Of a DNA stretch of 64,000 nt, positions 59,943-64,000 are shown one piece after another (the stretch's first letter is position 1; every line of letters begins with the position of its first letter). Source of the DNA: a virus; IMG/VR virus record IMGVR_UViG_3300035698_015907. One strand, written 5' to 3'. Made by a program: the position numbers and the translations under genes. Under the pieces are notes generated by a model, which was given only the letters and a program-made list of their open reading frames with translations, was not told where the DNA came from and did no database searches.

Positions 59943-60431
59943 ATGCTGTATGTTGAAGTTAATATCTCCGCGCTCAAGCGCAAAAATCTCAACAAATTGG
60001 CGGACTATCTAGACGCATCGACTCCGCCCCCAAAATTTGATATGATGTTCTTTTTCATGAGGCGCCAGGGGAATAATCTAGGTAATCTTAACGATCCATA
60101 TCAAATCAAAGATGAATTCTATACAGAATGTGATACTGTTGCATGTGCAGTAGGCCATGGACCACTCGCTGGAATTAAAGCTAAAAAGGGCGAGACTTGG
60201 GCCACCTACGCATTCCGTACACTGTGTTCTTGCGATGATTCTTTTGATTGGTGTTTCGCCCAATATTGGGCTGACCACGATAATACACCGAAGGGAGCAG
60301 CCGCTCGAATTCGATATATGTTATCAGAGAAAGCAGTTCCATCTGATACTAGTATTATTTCGATGCATCATGCAGACGCATATTACAGTTTCATGAAGAA
60401 TGTAGGATTTCCAGTAGATGACGTACGCTGA
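59943..60431 (+). CDS. hypothetical protein, paralog of 59056..59610
   Basis: PPPKF..TVACAVGHGP..FDWCF..W...DNTPKGAAARI. Confidence 0.7.
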   Translation: MLYVEVNISALKRKNLNKLADYLDASTPPPKFDMMFFFMRRQGNNLGNLNDPYQIKDEFYTECDTVACAVGHGPLAGIKAKKGETWATYAFRTLCSCDDSFDWCFAQYWADHDNTPKGAAARIRYMLSEKAVPSDTSIISMHHADAYYSFMKNVGFPVDDVR

Positions 60432-61072
60432 AGATCTTTACGATATCTCAGGCACGAAGTTTGAACTTCGTATTGTTGCAGATACTAATGATGCGGACTA
60501 TATAACCGAAATCACGATCGTGTCTGAGAAAATGATCGAATACATTAAGCCTATCTGTGATGAGATCAAAAAGTGCAAGAGACACAACTGGCCGGCGAGT
60601 GAATATGTTGATGGAACTCCTGGAGAGTTGTATCCCATGTTGACTGAAGAACAGATCGACATATTTGTAGAATTACTTCCATATGGAGCAGTCAAACTAG
60701 ACAGAGCCTTCGACACCGTCATAAAATCTACACATTGCCCATCTCCTGGCCCTCGACAACGACGATATATTTCTGATAAATGACATCGACCACCTCAAGA
60801 ACAAGCCGCCTCAGCCTCCTAAATCTACGTATCAATGACGATTATTATGTAGAAGAAGATTACACCCTCGCCCCTACATCAGAATGGAAAGGCAGCGTGC
60901 ATATTTCAAAGAAACCGTTCCATGTCAGGAGACGAATATGAGAAGTTTCTTAGAACATTTTTGTAAAGAAGTCACATATCTATGACTATATAAGGGTATC
61001 GTATATAGTAGAGACACATAAAGAGTATATTCGTAACACATCTATATAGAGAGCATCGTTCCCTCCATTATA

Positions 61073-61167
61073 TCGTAACATATCCTCCATTGATTCGTAA
61101 CATATCCTTCATTGATTCGTAACATATCCTTCATTGATTCGTAACATATCCTCCATTGATTCGTAAC
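61073..61167. repeat. 22-bp tandem repeat x4.3 (TCGTAACATATCCTYCATTGAT)
   Basis: units start at 61073, 61095, 61117, 61139, partial at 61161. Confidence 0.95.
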
Positions 61168-61896
61168 GGCAATTCTAGTTATTCAAGTCGATCCTTGAAG
61201 CTAGAAAATTTTTTTGATGCTGCACCTTGATGTGAAAAAAGAAGTCGCACACACGTTCGAAAAAGAAGTCGCACACACATCATCGTGCACACATAATGCG
61301 TAGAATAAAAAGAAGTCGCGTTATAGCTTCATGCGAATACTTCGTTTTAAGCTTAGAACGCGCTATCAACACTTCAACACATCTAACGCGTACCTTAGTC
61401 AGCTCGAAATGCGAGAAATTTTTTCCGACGCTAGATGTTGACATAGAAGAATAAAGCATGCGCGCCCGTGCGTAGAGGGCATCGACGCATTTTTTAGTTG
61501 ACAGACATATCCCATTGTTGTAGACTGGGATCATGATCAACTTACCGGAACACACTTCAGTTAATTGCCAGTCGCCGTGCTGGTCCTGTGGCTCTCTAGG
61601 GTTTATGGGACTAGGTCACAGCGTCGGCGTGTGGTCGGGTTTGGGGTTTATATGGGTTACCCTAGCGGGTGACTCAGTCGGTGCTCACGGCTCAAATATG
61701 GGCCTAAAATAATTTGACTGGATGGGTTGACACCTTATAGGGATATAGGTACCTTATATCCACAGTCGAAAAACTGGGTGAATAAAAGAGTTTGGTCAGT
61801 TGAAAAAATATCAGATTAGCCATTGACAGACTATCTAAAATGAATTATATTCAAACCATAAGCTGGCCGGGTGGTCAGATAACCAAGGAGACTAAA

Positions 61897-62448
61897 ATGA
61901 CGAACACCATTAACTTCCGTAACGCCCTTCAGGCAGCTCTGTTCTCGGCCATCGTGGTCCCGGGGCTGGTCAAGGGTAAGTGGGCTGCTTCGACCCCTGA
62001 GGGTCACGGTGCCGACTGGGCCGATGCTAAGGTCCAGGTTAATGCTTCCCGGGTTGGGGTGAACTTCGAGCCTAAGCGCACGATGTACAATCTCCTCAAT
62101 AAGGACTTCATTGTGGCATCGACTGAGAAGGCCCTCAAGGAAGCCGCTAAGGTGGCCGGTGAAGAGGTCCCGATGAAGGTCATCCGCAAGGAGCTGATCG
62201 ATGTCATGATCGTCATGCGGACGACTCAGGGTAGCAAGGAATATATGTTCCACCGCGGGATGGTCGGCGCCGGCAAGATCGGTCGCCCGAAGAATGACGA
62301 GATCGAGGCCATCGAGAAGGCGGCTGTATCGGCTAAGACTGCGGTCAAGGCGGCTAAGGCGAAGCCCGCCGCTAAGAAGGCGGCTTCTGGGACCAAGAAG
62401 GCCACCAAGAAGGCCGCTGAGAAGCCGGCTGAGGCCGTCGCTGCTTAA
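61897..62448 (+). CDS. GC-rich early protein with Lys/Ala-rich histone-like tail
   Basis: SD AAGGAG; strongly G/C-ending codons; AKKAA repeats; ends VAA. Confidence 0.75.
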   Translation: MTNTINFRNALQAALFSAIVVPGLVKGKWAASTPEGHGADWADAKVQVNASRVGVNFEPKRTMYNLLNKDFIVASTEKALKEAAKVAGEEVPMKVIRKELIDVMIVMRTTQGSKEYMFHRGMVGAGKIGRPKNDEIEAIEKAAVSAKTAVKAAKAKPAAKKAASGTKKATKKAAEKPAEAVAA

Positions 62449-62459
62449 CCCCAAATCAG

Positions 62460-62492
62460 GGTCTCCCGGGAAACTGGGAGGCCTATTTTTTT
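62460..62492 (+). terminator. intrinsic terminator
   Basis: GGTCTCCCGG-GAAA-CTGGGAGGCC followed by a T run. Confidence 0.8.
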
Positions 62493-62645
62493 GTCAAAAA
62501 TAGGGGGTTGACAACTGAAGGTTTTGGCGGTATATTGAAGGAGGTAGGGCGGGTGGAGCTGATTTTTTGACTATCTCGTATATGAAAATAAGGGTTGACA
62601 TGATCCTGTTTACTAGGTAGTATAATCACAATGGGAGGGAATATC

Positions 62646-62780
62646 ATGGCTAAGATTGTCAAATCAAAGAATGTTGCAGCCAAGGCACTGTCTGAAGGTC
62701 AGTACCGTCATAAAGTAGTGACTAGTCGTAAGGTGTATAAGCGCCATGATCGGCACAAAAATAATATGATTAGGTATTGA
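62646..62780 (+). CDS. small basic protein, ArfA-like (44 aa, not in ORF track)
   Basis: SD GGAGG; KNVAAKALSEGQYRHKVVTSRKVYKRHDRHK. Confidence 0.5.
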   Translation: MAKIVKSKNVAAKALSEGQYRHKVVTSRKVYKRHDRHKNNMIRY

Positions 62781-62835
62781 CAGGGGTGTGATTCCCTGAT
62801 AGTATCTAATCATACCAACGGAAAGGCAGGTTCCC

Positions 62836-63252
62836 ATGACGAAGTTTGATAAGATCGAGTCAAAGCAGGACGCGGTTGCGATCCGAAAGTTTTTGGAGCA
62901 GAAGATCGCTCCCCTCTTGGCAGAAGCCAATCTCACGATGAAGCTAGGCAATGCAGTGTACCAGTCAGGTGAGATCACTTTCAAGCAAGTGAATATTCAG
63001 ATCGCCGCAGGTGATAATGCTGAGAAGCGAGATGCTTTGAAGCTTAAGCGGCTACGTAGCTACTTGATGCAGAGTGGTGTGATCGTTCCTAGTGATGAAC
63101 GTACTGTGTTTGAGTCAGCTCGATACAAGCTAGTTGGTCATCGGCCGTCTGCTTGGAAGAATCCGTGGACAATTGTTGACAAGCGCGATGGTAAGACTTA
63201 TGTCTGCACCAGCACGACGGCTCAGCGAGAGTTCGGAAGTATTCCGGTCTGA
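62836..63252 (+). CDS. hypothetical early protein
   Basis: own promoter; YKLVGHRPSAWKNPW. Confidence 0.7.
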   Translation: MTKFDKIESKQDAVAIRKFLEQKIAPLLAEANLTMKLGNAVYQSGEITFKQVNIQIAAGDNAEKRDALKLKRLRSYLMQSGVIVPSDERTVFESARYKLVGHRPSAWKNPWTIVDKRDGKTYVCTSTTAQREFGSIPV

Positions 63253-63334
63253 GAATAAAAGAAGTCGCGCATGGACACACTGTGCGCGACTGTCTGCAAA
63301 AGAAGTCGCATGCGTGCATGCACATGAGGAGTAG

Positions 63335-63674
63335 ATAAGGCTAGTAGTAGCTATTGGCGCCATAGTATTAATTGGATCGTTGGTTCTGCATACATGGACT
63401 GTTTGGTTGATCTAGGGATGGTTCAGTATTCATATTGGACTACCAGTCATGCCATTCATTGGTGCATTCGGAATAGTACTTCTAGTTGGTTTCTTAACAC
63501 CATCTAGATCTGCGGTTTGGGCAGATACTAAAAGAAGATGATCCTGTGAGAACTAAGTTAGTATTTACAGAATTGTTAAGTGTGTTTGTGAAGCCGATTT
63601 TATATTTGTGTATGGCTTGGGCTGGCTACTTCTTTCTTGTTGGCACTAGTCCAACTATGATTTTGCCGATCTGA
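63335..63674 (+). pseudogene. membrane protein gene with ATA at the start position, in-frame TAG (63413) and a frameshift
   Basis: SD GAGGAG then ATA; WTVWLI*GWFSIHIGLP..GIVLLVGFLT; shift near 63530. Confidence 0.55.
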
Positions 63675-63738
63675 AATTAGGTGTTGACTTGACCTCCGAA
63701 TCAGGGTAGTATGATCACATAATCAAACGGAGGTTCCC

Positions 63739-64000
63739 ATGAAAGTCGCAGAATTGATTGACATGCTCGGTGATTTTGATCCTGAGTCAGAAGACCGGTT
63801 TTCTTACAACTATGGTGACTACTGGAGGACGACGGTGGCTAAGAACCCCATGAACGTTGAGAGTGGGGTAGTTAAACCCACTCGCGAAGAAGTGCTAGAT
63901 GCCTTCGCGGTCGAACCTCAGCATGATCGCACAATTCTTGAAAGGTATCTGAAACAATATCCGGAGTACGCGTCTGAATTGGTCAAACTATCCAGGGAAG
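63739..64000 (+). CDS. hypothetical early protein (runs off window)
   Basis: SD GGAGG; MKVAELIDML..SYNYGDYWRT. Confidence 0.7.
   Translation, partial: MKVAELIDMLGDFDPESEDRFSYNYGDYWRTTVAKNPMNVESGVVKPTREEVLDAFAVEPQHDRTILERYLKQYPEYASELVKLSRE

Noticed and set aside
61073-61167. CRISPR array
   Set aside because: The repeats are head-to-tail with no unique spacers, and no cas genes are visible.
61831-62454. 207-aa minus-strand ORF
   Set aside because: Antisense shadow of the GC-rich plus-strand gene, which has the SD, promoter and terminator.
1-64000. Genome-wide TAG or TGA reassignment
   Set aside because: Long genes are intact under code 11. TAG ends many genes at natural boundaries (for example 19083, 44441, 50029, 52318, 54717) and TGA is a common stop. 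Only sporadic internal stops were seen.

Overview
This is an AT-rich segment of a large T4-like (gp61 primase, TATAAATA late promoters) lytic phage that most likely infects Alphaproteobacteria. The host call rests on a two-piece tmRNA with an ANDN...AA tag, a tRNA-His with A73 and no G-1, and DUF1127 and DUF992 genes. Positions 1-20.6 kb are a minus-strand block: primase, virion proteins, NMN adenylyltransferase-Nudix, HNH, FkbM, phosphoesterase, CCA-adding enzyme and RtcB. From 21.7 kb a plus-strand block begins with a Ro60/TROVE-like DUF2828 gene. It continues with about 42 tRNA genes covering all 20 amino acids plus an amber suppressor, tmRNA and a GOLLD-like giant ncRNA. It also carries TK, Pth2, endolysin, DNA ligase, a domain-1-less release factor and an early region with tandem sigma70 promoters and repeats. 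Five observations stand out. (1) Four stem-closed 'UUACAGCA' ncRNAs carry tRNA pieces, one a circularly permuted tRNA with Y-RNA-like topology, and lie near the DUF2828 gene and RtcB. (2) A candidate ribosome-mediated attenuator has a 15-aa leader rich in the amino acids of the tRNA cluster it precedes. (3) There is possible stop-codon logic: an amber suppressor, a double-TAG minigene beside it, in-frame TAGs in several genes and an in-frame TGA in an RF1-type gene. (4) Several tRNAs have non-canonical folds. (5) Many accessory genes are broken by small indels. All calls were made by eye, with no database or folding software; homology statements rest on recognised motifs.
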